A stretch of 60,638 bases of DNA from an uncultured Planctomycetota bacterium (GCA_964389785.1 CAYMFW010000001.1:10806-71443); one strand, 5' to 3'. Counted from the stretch's first letter, positions 36,636-48,100 are shown. Program-made: numbers and translations. Notes: generated from the letters alone by a model not told the origin.

Positions 36636-39071
36636 CTATCTCTCGGTGAAATCGACTTCCCGTATCCGGCTTCTTCCGCGCTTCGGCACGAGGAACGTCT
36701 TGACCTCTCCGCCGTGAAACGACGCCTTCCAGGTCCGCTTCAGTGGCGGCAGGGATATGCGGACGTCCGTGGCGACGCCGGCCGCTTCGAACGCCCTGAC
36801 GATCAGGCCGCCGCCGGTCTCGGCGGGCTTCAGGGCCGTCACCATGACATTATCCGCCGACACGGCAATGATCTTCCTCGACGCCTTCGGAAGAGAACCG
36901 TCATGCGTTCCTTCCCACGAGAGAATGAGCGGTCCGTTCAGGAGCTCGGCGCGCCTCGCGGTTTCCGCCCTCCAGTTTCTCCCGTGCGGCAGAAGCTCGA
37001 ATGAAAACTCGTGAATCCCCTGGTCCTGGAACCGCACGTTCCCCGTCGCCTCGATTGGATCGTGGTGAGCGAATACCGGGCTCCTGACGGCCGTTATCCT
37101 GAGCGAGCGCTCTCTGCCGTCGACGCTGTACGACCCGGTATTGAGGATCGAAATGCCCCTGCAACCGGCGCTCAGATCGCACCACTTCTGCATCGGGTAC
37201 TCGTCACCGTCGAGCGGCCGCGTCACGGTTCCGTACGGGATCTCCGACGTCCATACCGGATCGGTCAGATTCACGGGGAACACGAACTTGAGCATCCTGT
37301 GCGTCTCCTGCCAGTCCAGAACGCAGTCGCATCGGACCGATCTGCTTTCCCGCTCGAGAATGAAATCCATCCGGAGCGACGACTTCGAGAGGACATACTC
37401 GAGTCTGAGCCGCGCGCGAAGCGGCCCGTTCTCCACCCGCTCCCTCGAGACCGGTTTGAACGCGCCGGCTTCGCGGTCGAAACGGTGCGTCCCGTGGGAC
37501 CAGGTATCGGTCCGATCGTTCAGGACCAGGGGAATGAACCCCTCCCCCCTGAATACGTTCCAGTTCCTCTTCCTGTCCCGGAGCCGGATGAAGCCCGTTT
37601 TCCCGACCGACAGGGCGATATGCTCGTTGAAAAGCGTCGAGGAGGTCGCCTTCAGGGTCCCCCGGCACTTCCCCCCGTACGCCGGCACGTCCTGGTGCCA
37701 CTCGAACGGACTGTCCGGACCCTTTTCCCGGATGTCGAGCCGGAAGAGCTTCCACCCAAGCGGCGGCAGCGCCGCCGGGAACGCGAGACGGATGGACGTT
37801 GTCCGCGTCGACGGCGGAACGGCCTGATGGGGAACGACCGCGCCGCCCGGATCGGTGATCTTCATCGTCCTCAGCTCGTGAAACGCGGGATGGATGAAGA
37901 TGTCGTCCGTTTCGATCACGCCGCCGAAGGGAAACGCGTGCGGATTGCATACCAGAACCGCGCGGCCCGGGCCCTTCGTATTGACGGCGGCGCCGATCCG
38001 CTGCGCGGCCTCGTGCATGATCTCCTGCGCCGTGAACCGGGCACGCCCGAGCTGACGGATGGTGTCGTCACACGCGGTTCGCTCGCAGGTGCCCCCCATG
38101 ATGTCGTGGAAATCGGAGAACAGGATATCGTGCCAGGCCGATTCGATGCGCGGGTCCTTCTTCCGTCGCGTGCGGGCGAGCGAGGAGACCGCCGCGAGCC
38201 GCTCGGCGGCCAGCACGGAGTGCACCGCCCGCCGGTAGGCGCGCTTTATCCCGCCGTGGGCCTGATAGCACCCGACCGCGTGGTGCTGCATCTCGCCCTC
38301 CCAGACGGGCAGCCGGTCTCCGTATCGCGTCAGCTCCCTGAAGAAGCGGTCGGGGTCGGAGTACCGGATGTCGGCGTGCTTCTTTCTGAGCTTCTCGATG
38401 CCCCGGAGAAGCGCCCTGGTCGGTCCGCCGCCGTGGTCTCCCACGCCGTAGAATATCATGCCGATCGGCAGCTCGGAGCTCCGTATGGTTTCGGCCAGGG
38501 AAGCGACATGGGCGGGCTGACAGGCGTTATATCCTCCGAGGAGCCGGTAGCACAGCACGCGGGTGCCGTCCGTTCCCTCCCATATGAAGGGACCGCGGGG
38601 GATGTCGGGATTTTCATTATGACCGGGACGCATGAACACGAACGCGCCCATCCCGCCCCGTTTCAGGAGCTGCGGAAGGGAGCCGGCGTGGCCGAAGGTG
38701 TCGACCGTGTACCCGACTCCGGAGACCGCGCCGAAGACCCGCCTGAGATAGTTCCGGCTGTACAGCGCGTTGCGCGCGAACGACTCCCCGGAAGGAATGT
38801 TGTTGTCCGACTGGGTGTGCCAGCCCCCGGGAATGCTCCACCTCTTCGCCTTCACCTGTTTCCGGATCCGGCCGAGGAGCGCGGGGTCGGTCTTTTCGAC
38901 CCACCGGTACAGCGCCGCCGCGCTCGCGGTGAAGACGAATTCCGGGAACTCGTCGATCCGCTCCAGCGCGCTCGCGAACGTGGCGCGGGCCTCGGACATG
39001 CCCTCGTACCACGGCCACAGCCAGGCCGGGTCGAGGTGCGCGTTGCCTATGAGGTGGATCGAGCTCTTCAT
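36636..39071 (-). CDS. Alpha-mannosidase (GH38)
   Basis: HLIGNAHLDPAWLW, DTFGH, YGVGDHGGGPT, FHDIMGG and EIPYG motifs. Confidence 0.92.
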   Translation of the reverse strand: MKSSIHLIGNAHLDPAWLWPWYEGMSEARATFASALERIDEFPEFVFTASAAALYRWVEKTDPALLGRIRKQVKAKRWSIPGGWHTQSDNNIPSGESFARNALYSRNYLRRVFGAVSGVGYTVDTFGHAGSLPQLLKRGGMGAFVFMRPGHNENPDIPRGPFIWEGTDGTRVLCYRLLGGYNACQPAHVASLAETIRSSELPIGMIFYGVGDHGGGPTRALLRGIEKLRKKHADIRYSDPDRFFRELTRYGDRLPVWEGEMQHHAVGCYQAHGGIKRAYRRAVHSVLAAERLAAVSSLARTRRKKDPRIESAWHDILFSDFHDIMGGTCERTACDDTIRQLGRARFTAQEIMHEAAQRIGAAVNTKGPGRAVLVCNPHAFPFGGVIETDDIFIHPAFHELRTMKITDPGGAVVPHQAVPPSTRTTSIRLAFPAALPPLGWKLFRLDIREKGPDSPFEWHQDVPAYGGKCRGTLKATSSTLFNEHIALSVGKTGFIRLRDRKRNWNVFRGEGFIPLVLNDRTDTWSHGTHRFDREAGAFKPVSRERVENGPLRARLRLEYVLSKSSLRMDFILERESRSVRCDCVLDWQETHRMLKFVFPVNLTDPVWTSEIPYGTVTRPLDGDEYPMQKWCDLSAGCRGISILNTGSYSVDGRERSLRITAVRSPVFAHHDPIEATGNVRFQDQGIHEFSFELLPHGRNWRAETARRAELLNGPLILSWEGTHDGSLPKASRKIIAVSADNVMVTALKPAETGGGLIVRAFEAAGVATDVRISLPPLKRTWKASFHGGEVKTFLVPKRGRSRIREVDFTER

Positions 39072-39112
39072 CGGTCCCTGGTAAAACGCCGGGTTTCTTC
39101 CCGAATGCCGCT

Positions 39113-39141
39113 ATCGTACCCTTCGCGACACGGAAAGACAA
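39113..39141 (-). promoter_or_regulatory. Sigma70-like promoter upstream of GH38
   Basis: TTGTCT (39141-39136), 17-bp spacer, TACGAT (39118-39113). Confidence 0.45.
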
Positions 39142-39151
39142 CCGGGTGGCT

Positions 39152-41875
39152 TCATCGCGTTCCCTTCCCTCCGAGCGCGCGGGCCACCTCGGCCGCCGCG
39201 GCATAGAGCTTCCCGTTCCGTTCCGCCCAGCCTGACCCCGCGTGCCAGTACTCTCCGAAGGGCGGGATGTCGCCGCGCCCCGGCATCGTGCCGGCCCACC
39301 GTACCAGACGAATGCGCTCGTCGAGGATCCCCTGCGCCCTCTTCGCGAGCTCCTCTCCCAACACGTCGCGCCGGTCCAGGACGGCGTCCTGAATAAAGAT
39401 CCGCGCTTCGCCCCACTGCGTTCCCTCCCGCAGCGACTCGATGGCGATGGTTGCCGCGGGACCCTCCGGAGCCGCCGCCAGCCAGGTCTGCCCCCAATTC
39501 ATAGTGCCCCAGTGGGTCGCCTGGTAGCGGCCGAGCAGACGGCTGGAATGTTTCGCCTTCTCGTGCGTCTTGACCGGAAAGAAGTCGGCGAATATCCGTC
39601 CCAGTCCGTCCTGTCCGCAGGACAGGTTGAACTCGTACATGTTCGCGAAGTAGCCGGACGGATACCTGTCGACCGGGATCCGGTACGGCGCGAGCTTGGT
39701 CCTGTCGTCCCGCCAGGAGGTAACGCGCCTGACGCTCGGATCGGCCAGGCTGTAGTTCCCGTCCCACCGCCACGCGGTGGCGAAGACGACCGGCGAGCCG
39801 TGCAGCTCCTTCCGCCATACGTGCCCCGAGCTCACCCAGGGGGCTTCCGGCATCATCTCGCGCCAGAAGCTCATCACGTCCGGAAGCGGCTGGAAATCGC
39901 CGAAGAGTCCGAGCGCGGCGGCCTTGTTGAGCCCGCGTTTCTTCAGCCGTTCGCGGACACCCTCCACGAACGGCTTCCAGAACGCTTTCGCCTGCGCGTC
40001 CCCGTAGGAGGGGCCCTGACCCTCCGTCATTTTGCCGGTCGCCGGATCGAGAAAGGTCACCGTAACCGGCTTGTGTTCGTTCGGAGGCACCCACTCCTTG
40101 CCGCCCGCCCCGGCGTAGCCGCTGCCGGGGAACCCCGCGTCGACGAACCCGCCGGGGGTCGCGGGACGGATGCTGCCGCCCATGTCGCAGTCCCACACCA
40201 GAAAGATCACGTGCCGCGGCGCCCCCATTCGCTCCAGGTCAAGATCGAGATATCTCTCGAAAACCCTGAAATCGCAGGTGTACGCACTGTCGGACTGCCT
40301 GATCCACCGGATCATTCCCTCTTCGTTTCCGAAGTTGGTTCTCGTGCGCACGGGAACGTAGAGCGTCTTGTTGCCCAGGCCGCGGAGCACGTCGAAGGTC
40401 TTCCCCATCATCTCGAAATGCGCGTTCGACCAGGGCTCGAGACCGTAGGCGTACCGGACGGAGTCCGGCGACGTGATGCAGTCGCAGAAGGACCGGTAAT
40501 CACACGGATCGGGGATGACCCAATCGCTCACCGTCATCTCCACCGGCACGTCGAAACTTCCTCCCTCGGCGAAGACGGCCAGCGTGCCTTCGTAGACGCC
40601 GGCGGCGGCGTCCCGGGGCACCGGGACGGTCACCCAGACGGGCAGCACCGCGCCGAACACCCGATGGCAGCCCGTATCGAGCTTGTTCAGAGACGCGACC
40701 TCGACTTCCGCCGGGGATGTGCGGCACAGCATCCACGGGACTCTCGGCGCCCTTCCCCGGTAGGTGTTCCAGCCGTTGTTGCCCCAGCCGCCGTAGAAGG
40801 GACAGGGAACGCGGGTGTTGGGCACCAGGCCGCCTCCCCAGGCGTATCGCACCTGGGCGCCGGAGCCCTTGATGGTTGTTCCGGTCTTGCCGTTCTTCAG
40901 ATCGCCCATCCGCGCCTGCGGACCCTTGATCGGCGCGTCCGAGCTCAGGACCACCACGCCGGAGAACGAGCCGTTGCGCGCCGCCGCAATCCGGACGGGC
41001 ATCAGCTTCTCGGCCGGGGTGCCGTAATCCACGTCGAGAACCACCTCCGTCGGCACCGCGTTCCACACCTGCAATCCCGCGGGACGGCTGACGGCGGGCA
41101 CCAGACCGTCGCCGGACGGCGCCTTCAGACACAGGTCTATCAAACCGGCCGTGTTCCACAGCTTGGGGCTCCCGTACCCGCCGAAATCAGAGGGACGCAG
41201 CGCCGCGCGGTGGATTTCCAGAGCCAGGACGTTGAGTCCTCTGCGGAGGTCCGCGGACTCGATCTTCACGTTCTCGATTCGCCTCGTACGGCGTTCCGTC
41301 GCCTGCTCCCTCGGGGTGCGGTGAAAATGATGAGGGTCGAACCCGTGCGCCGTTTCGGGGTAATCCTCTGCCGGAGTGAGCGGTTCCAATGTGCCCCCGG
41401 GGAGGTGGCGCCTGGCGATCTCCTTTCCGTTGAGATACACCGCCGCGCCGCCGCGGAACCTCACCGACAGCGTGAGCTCTTTGACCCTGGACGGATCGGT
41501 GACCTCGAACTTGCCGCGCATGCAGAGCAGCGCCAGGTTCGAGCCCTGTCCCAGACCTGCCCCGTCGAACACAGGGGCGGGATCCCGCCACCAGGACCTG
41601 TCGTCGAAATCCGGCCGGGTCCAGTCGGACGGCGGCGGGGGAGTGTCCGGCTGAGTGTTCTCCGGCGGCAGCTTGATACTCTTGCCGGTGCCGTTGACCA
41701 GCGTCGGGCGAAGCGTCAGGTGTATCCTCCAGTAGCAGCGGGCGTCGAGGACGACCGTACCTGCCGGGGCCGCCGGTGTCCCCGCGGACTTCGGTTCCTC
41801 GGCGGCACGTGCCGTAAACGGTCCCGCCAGTGCCGTCATGCATAGCGCCGCAGCGCATACCCTCAGTACCCTCAT
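39152..41875 (-). CDS. Secreted glycoside-hydrolase-like protein (GH123/DUF4091/DUF6067-like) with N-terminal beta-sandwich
   Basis: Signal peptide, PDFDDRSW...AVYLNGKEI...GLNVLALEIH jelly-roll, AARNGSFS, PVWVTVPVPRDAAAGVYEGTL and ESLREG motifs. Confidence 0.6.
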   Translation of the reverse strand: MRVLRVCAAALCMTALAGPFTARAAEEPKSAGTPAAPAGTVVLDARCYWRIHLTLRPTLVNGTGKSIKLPPENTQPDTPPPPSDWTRPDFDDRSWWRDPAPVFDGAGLGQGSNLALLCMRGKFEVTDPSRVKELTLSVRFRGGAAVYLNGKEIARRHLPGGTLEPLTPAEDYPETAHGFDPHHFHRTPREQATERRTRRIENVKIESADLRRGLNVLALEIHRAALRPSDFGGYGSPKLWNTAGLIDLCLKAPSGDGLVPAVSRPAGLQVWNAVPTEVVLDVDYGTPAEKLMPVRIAAARNGSFSGVVVLSSDAPIKGPQARMGDLKNGKTGTTIKGSGAQVRYAWGGGLVPNTRVPCPFYGGWGNNGWNTYRGRAPRVPWMLCRTSPAEVEVASLNKLDTGCHRVFGAVLPVWVTVPVPRDAAAGVYEGTLAVFAEGGSFDVPVEMTVSDWVIPDPCDYRSFCDCITSPDSVRYAYGLEPWSNAHFEMMGKTFDVLRGLGNKTLYVPVRTRTNFGNEEGMIRWIRQSDSAYTCDFRVFERYLDLDLERMGAPRHVIFLVWDCDMGGSIRPATPGGFVDAGFPGSGYAGAGGKEWVPPNEHKPVTVTFLDPATGKMTEGQGPSYGDAQAKAFWKPFVEGVRERLKKRGLNKAAALGLFGDFQPLPDVMSFWREMMPEAPWVSSGHVWRKELHGSPVVFATAWRWDGNYSLADPSVRRVTSWRDDRTKLAPYRIPVDRYPSGYFANMYEFNLSCGQDGLGRIFADFFPVKTHEKAKHSSRLLGRYQATHWGTMNWGQTWLAAAPEGPAATIAIESLREGTQWGEARIFIQDAVLDRRDVLGEELAKRAQGILDERIRLVRWAGTMPGRGDIPPFGEYWHAGSGWAERNGKLYAAAAEVARALGGKGTR

Positions 41876-41982
41876 CGCATCCTCCTCTCGATCTTCACCG
41901 TATCCTGATACGAAACTTGCCCGGGAGCGATGCCGCCGCGTTGCTCAGGGTGAGCCGAACAACGGGTCCGTTGGTGCGCGAC

Positions 41983-42130
41983 ACCCCCTCGTGATTGCCC
42001 TTTTCTGTCGGCGTGTCGGGGTTGCGGGAAAATGATATTCAATCTATGATACTGTTTGGGTGCTATTACGACAATGTCAGTGATTGCCGAAGACTTATCA
42101 ATACTTGCCCTATTGTCTGGAAAGAAACCG
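41983..42130. repeat. Diverged inverted copy 2 of the 35402-35549 promoter/operator cassette
   Basis: Ungapped alignment, about 73% identical by my hand count over 140 nt. Both -35/-10 pairs, the TTGCC repeats and the GAGGGGGT RBS-like motif are retained. Confidence 0.8.
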
Positions 42131-42168
42131 GGGCTGGGCAGTCGGGCCGTGGTTTTTCTTCGACCGCC

Positions 42169-45100
42169 TCACCGTGCAGAGGCTGCGCCAGAAACCGGCA
42201 GAGATGCCGTTTTGACGAAGCATCCGCCGCCGCCGCCGCTTCCGCCGCCGGCCGGAGACGAGCCGAGGACGGTGAAGCTCCAGGAGACAGATGTTGAGAA
42301 GACATTTCTGGCCTGGTCTATGACGGTCATGTCGAAGGAGCAGGTAACATCCTCGCCCGCGGAGAAGTCGGTTTCCCTGTGCAGTACGATCTCTGACGTT
42401 TCGGAATCGTATTCCACGGTGATGATGTGCCTGCCCGACGAGCTTCCCGTAACTCTCACCGAGCCGGCCAGCAGCGGCGACATCGGCTCGCTCATGACAA
42501 TCTTGATGACCGCGTCGGGCATTATGCCCGTCATTCCGTCCGGCGGCACCACGGAGCTGACTGAGGGGGCCGTGGTGTCCAGCACAATCGTCCCGGACAG
42601 GGGCTCGCCTTCACCGATGACGTTTCTCGCCTGGACCCAGACGGTCTTCTCGCCGTCCGCCGTGTCCAGCGTGTGAGAGAAGCTCGAGGCGAAGGATTGC
42701 CATGCCGCAAGCTCCAGGTCGGCCTCGCTCCCCGCTACGCGGATCTCCCATGGACTTCCGGAAACGAGCACGTTCACTATCACGTCCACCTCATTGGTGT
42801 AATCGACGGACCCCGACGTCCTGTCCATGACGGTCACGGACGCGACCACGGGCGGGGTGTCCTCCGTTGAGATCGGGAAATTCCACGTGTAGTCGGAGCC
42901 GAGCGCGTTCTCGGCCTTGTCGCGAACGGACGACTCCACGGTGCACTGGACGGTCTCTCCATACGCAAAGCTCCCGGCCTGGTTGAAGACAAGCATCCCG
43001 TCCTGATACGTGGGATACGTCACATGCGAGCCGCTCACCAATCCCTCAACGAGCACCGTTGCATTGGTGAAATCCGATTCCAGCATATCGTCGTCGAATT
43101 CGACGACGATCACCGCGTCGACGCTCTGAGCGAAAGCTCCGTCCGACGGGATAACGCTGACCACCACGGGAGCTATGCTGTCGATGATTATCGTGTCGGT
43201 CGCGGAGCTGCCGGTTCCGTAATCGTTCTTGAGCTCACACCACAGGCGCTGCTCACCCTCATCCATGCCCAACATCTGTTCCGACGTCTGAGCATAGTCC
43301 CGCCAGGGAGCGGACAACAGCATGGCTTCGGTCCGCGCGAATCTCATATGGGTCGGGCCGCCCGCGGCGACGAGAGCCGCGACAACCGTGCGCTCGTTGC
43401 TGTAGGCGGTATCCCCGGAGCTCCTGTCTCTCAGGGTCATGCTCTGAATGACCGGGGGGCCGGGCTCGGAAGTTATCGAAAACTGCCAGGAGTATGCCGT
43501 CCCGAGCGTGTTGCCGGCCAGGTCACCCACCGCAGCCGCCGCGGTTGCGGTTACGGTTTCACCATACGAGAACTGGGCCGTTGCGCCGAACGCCACGGTT
43601 CTGGTCCCGGCATCGTACGAAGGATTTGTCGCGATGGCGCCGCTGATGCTGCCCGTTATGGTGCACGTGGCGGCGGTGAAATCGGCAGCCGCCATGTCCT
43701 CGATGAATTCGACACATACTCCCGCGTCGATCGGCTGGTCCGTGGCATTATTCGCGGGCAGGACGCTCAGCACGACCGGCGCGACCGTGTCCACTTCGAT
43801 GTCGTCGCTGAGCGAGGCGCTCTCCCCGCGCCCGTTTCCGAGCTGGCAGTAGAGCGTTCGTATCCCGTCGCCGGCCGACAGCGTCTGCTCGGACGTCTGG
43901 GCGTACGTCTGCCAGGGCGCGACGGCGAGGGCGGCGTCCGTCTCGGCGAATCGCATCTCCCTGGGGTCGTTTGCCGCGGTGAGCTCGACCTTTACCGCGA
44001 GCTCGTTGGAGTATTCGACGCTGTCGCTGTCCCTGTCCCTGAGAACGATCGCCTGCAGCGTCGGCGGGTTGGGCGGCGCGGTGGTGTCGAACGACCACGA
44101 GTAATCGGCGCCCATCGGGTTCCCCGCCTTGTCGCACACCGTACCGCCTATCGTTACCGTAACGGTTTCCTCTTCGACAAGAACGCTTCCGAGGGAAAGC
44201 GTCACTGTCTTCGTCCCCGCATCGTAGGAGGGCGTGCATGTGTATGCCCCGCCCAGCGTGCCGCTGACGGTGCACGTCGCCGCATCGAAGTCCGCGGATA
44301 TCATGTCGTCGTTGAAGGTCGCCGTTATCGTCACGTCGACCGCCTGGTCAACGGCCGCGTTCTGAGGAGCGGTGATCGTAACCGAGGGCGCCGTCATGTC
44401 GCACACGATCGTGTCGCTGGCCGTGTTGCTCGAGCCGGCGGCGTTCTTCAACTCGCACCAGAGCGTCTTCATGCCTTCTCCCGCGGAGAGAGCCTGCTCG
44501 CTGCTCGCCTGGTACGCCTGCCATGCCGCCGCAGCCAGACCCCCTTCCGTATCCGCGAAGCGCATCTCCGTGGCCGCCGGGCCGGAGGCGGAGATCTCGA
44601 TCGTGACGGTCAGCTCGTTGGTGTAGTCCTCCGAGCCGCTCGTGCGGTCCTTAAGGAGTATCGAGTCGAGAACCGGAGCAAGGCTCGGCTCCGTCACGGT
44701 TATCTGGACGGTATCGGTATCGGTCAGCGTGCCGTCGGACACGGTGAGCGTGGCCGTGTAGATGCCAGCAACCGTGTATTCGTGCGACGGGTTCTGTTCG
44801 TCCAGCGAATTGCCGTCGCCGAAATCCCACGAATAGGAGAGGTCATCGAGGTCGACATCGGTACCCGTTCCGGTAAATTGTACCGTCAGCGGCGCGTCAC
44901 CGCTGAGAGGGTTGGCGGCGGCGGTGGCCACCGGTGCGTCGTTCACGGGGTTCACGGTGATCGTGACCGTCGCCAGATTGGACGGCGTCTTGCTGTCGGT
45001 TGCCCTGTACGTGAACGTATCCTCACCGTGGTAGTTGAGCGTCGGGGTGTACGTAAAGGACCCGTCGTCCGCCAGATCGACGGTGCCGTGCTGCGGATCG

Positions 45101-48100
45101 TCCACCTTCACCGCTTTCAGCGTGTCGCCGGGGTCCGCGTCGCTGTCGTTCGAGAGGACGCCGGGCGCGGCGACGTTGAGGGCGTTATCCTCGTCCACCT
45201 CGTACGAGTCGTTCTGCGCCACGGGGGCGACGTTCGATATCTCGTGGGTGACGGCGATTGTACCGCCGGAGAGCGCCGCGAAGCCGGACGCGTTGGCCGT
45301 CGATACGGCCGTCGACAGCACGATGCCGGTCGCGTCGACCGTGGCGTCCGTTCCGTTCAACGTGACCGTCACGGCGTCGGCACCCGCCACCGCCGCCACG
45401 TCCGCCTCCAGCATGAAGTTAACGCCGTCGGCGCCGTTGTTCACCAGGAACGAGAACCCGGCGAAATCCACCGTGATGGTCCCCGTGCCGCCGGAGAGGT
45501 CCGATATCGTAACGTTGCTCGAGACCACCTCGACGTCGCCCCCATCCACGGCGCCGTCGTTGTTCACGTCCCTGAACACCTGCACGTTCGTGATCTCGGT
45601 ATTCGCGATGCCGTTCACGCCGCTCAGCTCGAACTCGAGTCTGGTCACGGTCACGATCTCGAAGGCCGGAGAGTCGGTGTTCCCCGACGTGGTCAGCCTG
45701 AATCGGTACAGGCCGGCATCCGTGTAGTCGCCGGCCGCGGTGAAAGCGTTCGTCACCTGGTTCAGCGTGTGGTCGGCCACGGCGAGGTTTCCGGGGGTGA
45801 CGGACCCGGCCTCGCCGCTGTTCGAGGAGCCCGTTCCTCCCGCCGCGCTCGTGGTGCCTCCGAACGAAGACGAGGCGTACTTGACGAGGATCCTGCCGCC
45901 CGCTCCTCCGTTCGTGCCGGCGCCGCCTTCGGCCTTCAGGTCACCGGCTCCGGCGAAGGTGTCGCAGTCTATGTAGATGCTTCCACCGGCACCGCCATCT
46001 ATCTCCGCCTCTCCGCTCGCGCTTACCATACCGTCGACCGTGATGGTGCCGGTGGAGGCGATGAGCCGCATCGCCCCTCCGCCGGCGCCCGTGCCGCCGC
46101 CGCTGCCGCACGTGCCGGGCGCGGTCGGCACGCCGTAGGCCGCGTCCGGGTTGTTTCCGCCCCGTCCGCCGTGCGTTCCGCCTTCGCCGACCTCGCCCGC
46201 TCCGGGGCCCGATCCGGCCGGGAAGCCGCGCCCGTCGGCGCTCAGCACCGCGTCCTGACCCACGGTGATATTCTCTGCGATCAGCGTCGCGCCGACGGCG
46301 CTGTCCGCATCAACGATCTCGCTCGTGAGGACCATCGTCCCGTTCCCCAGCACCACGTCTCCCGCCACGGTAAGCTCCTGGGAGTTGTCCTCCGTGAAAT
46401 TCGCGTCGAAGGTGATCGTGGACGTGTACGCCGCCTCCACCGTGATCGAATGCAGATCCTGCGGGACCTCCCCGACGGAAGCGTTACAGTCGTAGTCGTA
46501 CAGCGCGCTGAACGTGATCGCGTCACCCGCGACAGGTACGCGGAGGAGGCTCCAGTTGGCCGCGGTGGACCAGCTGTTGTCGCCGTCACCGTCATCGTTC
46601 GTCCAGATATTCTGAACGATCCGGTGCGTCGCGGTGACGCTCGTTCCCCTCAGCTCCGCGAAACCCACGGCGTTCGCGGCGTTCGCGGCATTAACCGGTA
46701 TCGCAAGCGACGTGCCCGCCGCGGTTACGGACGAGTCGGCCGCGTCCAGTGTGACGGTCAGGCCGTCGCCGTGCGCCACTCCGATCACGTCGGCCTGCAG
46801 GATGATGTCGGGGTACTTGCCGCCCGCGTTCTTCATGCGGTCGTCGTCCAGAACGAAGGCGCCCGGCGCGAAATCCACAGTGAGGGTTCCGGAGCCCCCC
46901 GACAGGTCGGACACGACCCAACCGCTGCTGGCGATCTCTCCGTCGGAGACGCCGTCACCGTCGTCCTGGAGGATGCGCACGTCGGAGATGTCCAGATTCG
47001 ACAGCCCGGACACCCCGGTGAGGTCGAACACGAGCCGGGTGATCTGGACGTCCTCGAACGCCCTGTCGTCCGTGTTGCCGTCCGTCTGGAGCCTGAACCT
47101 GAGAAGCGCGGTGTCGCCGTAGTCGGCCGGAACGGTGAACGCGTCGCCCACCTGCCCTGCGGTGTGGGCGGCAAGCTCCAGGCTGCCGGGCGCCACCGAG
47201 CCCTCCTCGCCGTCCGCCGCGCCTCCCGCGCCGCCGGACGCATCCGCGGAACCGGTGAACGTCGAGGTCCCGTACGACATGCATATCCGACCGCCGCCTC
47301 CCCCGTTGGCCGCGGCGCCGGCCCCGCCACCCCTGGCCTGCATGCTGCCGCTTCCCGCCAGCGTCGCGCAGGTGATGTACACGCTGCCGCCGGAGCCGGT
47401 GTCGTTGGCCGAGCTCGGGTCCGTCTCCTCGGCGTTCCAGGCGCCGTGCCCCGGCTCCGGCGACACGAACTTCCGCACTCGAACATCGTCCGCCCCGCCC
47501 GTACCCGAGTTGTGGTGATTCAGAGCCAGATACCCGCTCGTGTACGTGCTGTCGGCGAGACGGGTATCTCCCAAAGCGCCACCCGCGTACCATTTGTGGT
47601 CGGCGTTCTGGTCCCTCGTTATCAGGCAGGAGATCCAGGTGTTCGTGGAGCCGAACACGTCGGTCTGGGAGCCGGTGAACGCACCATCGCGGAGAATCCC
47701 CTCCTTTTCCCCTCCCCGCACGTCGAGGCGGGCGTGGTACCGTTCATTCGTCGCAGGCGTGGAGTCCTGGTAGTACTGGATCGCGGTGATGAGGGCCGTC
47801 GCGTAGAGGTCCGCTTCGATGGCCATCGGTCCGTCGTACTGGAACGTCGCCGTGCGGATGTTGGTCGTGGAGGAACTCAGATAGATGGCCTGCCTTCCCC
47901 CGACGGTCCCGTAGCTCGCTCCTCCCTGAACGGTGGTCCAGTTGTCGGCGTACGTGCCGGAGGCGTCGTCGAAGAAGAGGAACGTGTTCTCACCGCTGCT
48001 CGTCGTGGAAGCATCGGCCTTGCCGTAGTAGACGTGGATGTCCTGATCGGAACCCAGGTCCGCCGACACCTCGACCCAGAACACGGCGTGGTCGCTGTCC

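Noticed and set aside
41995-42297. Similar small Cys-containing ORFs at 35328-35537 (-) and 41995-42297 (+), GCYYxNVSxCR
   Set aside because: The similarity is explained by the duplicated promoter cassette. The ORFs differ in length, run through the promoter elements and overlap real genes. Not fully excluded; ribosome profiling would settle it.
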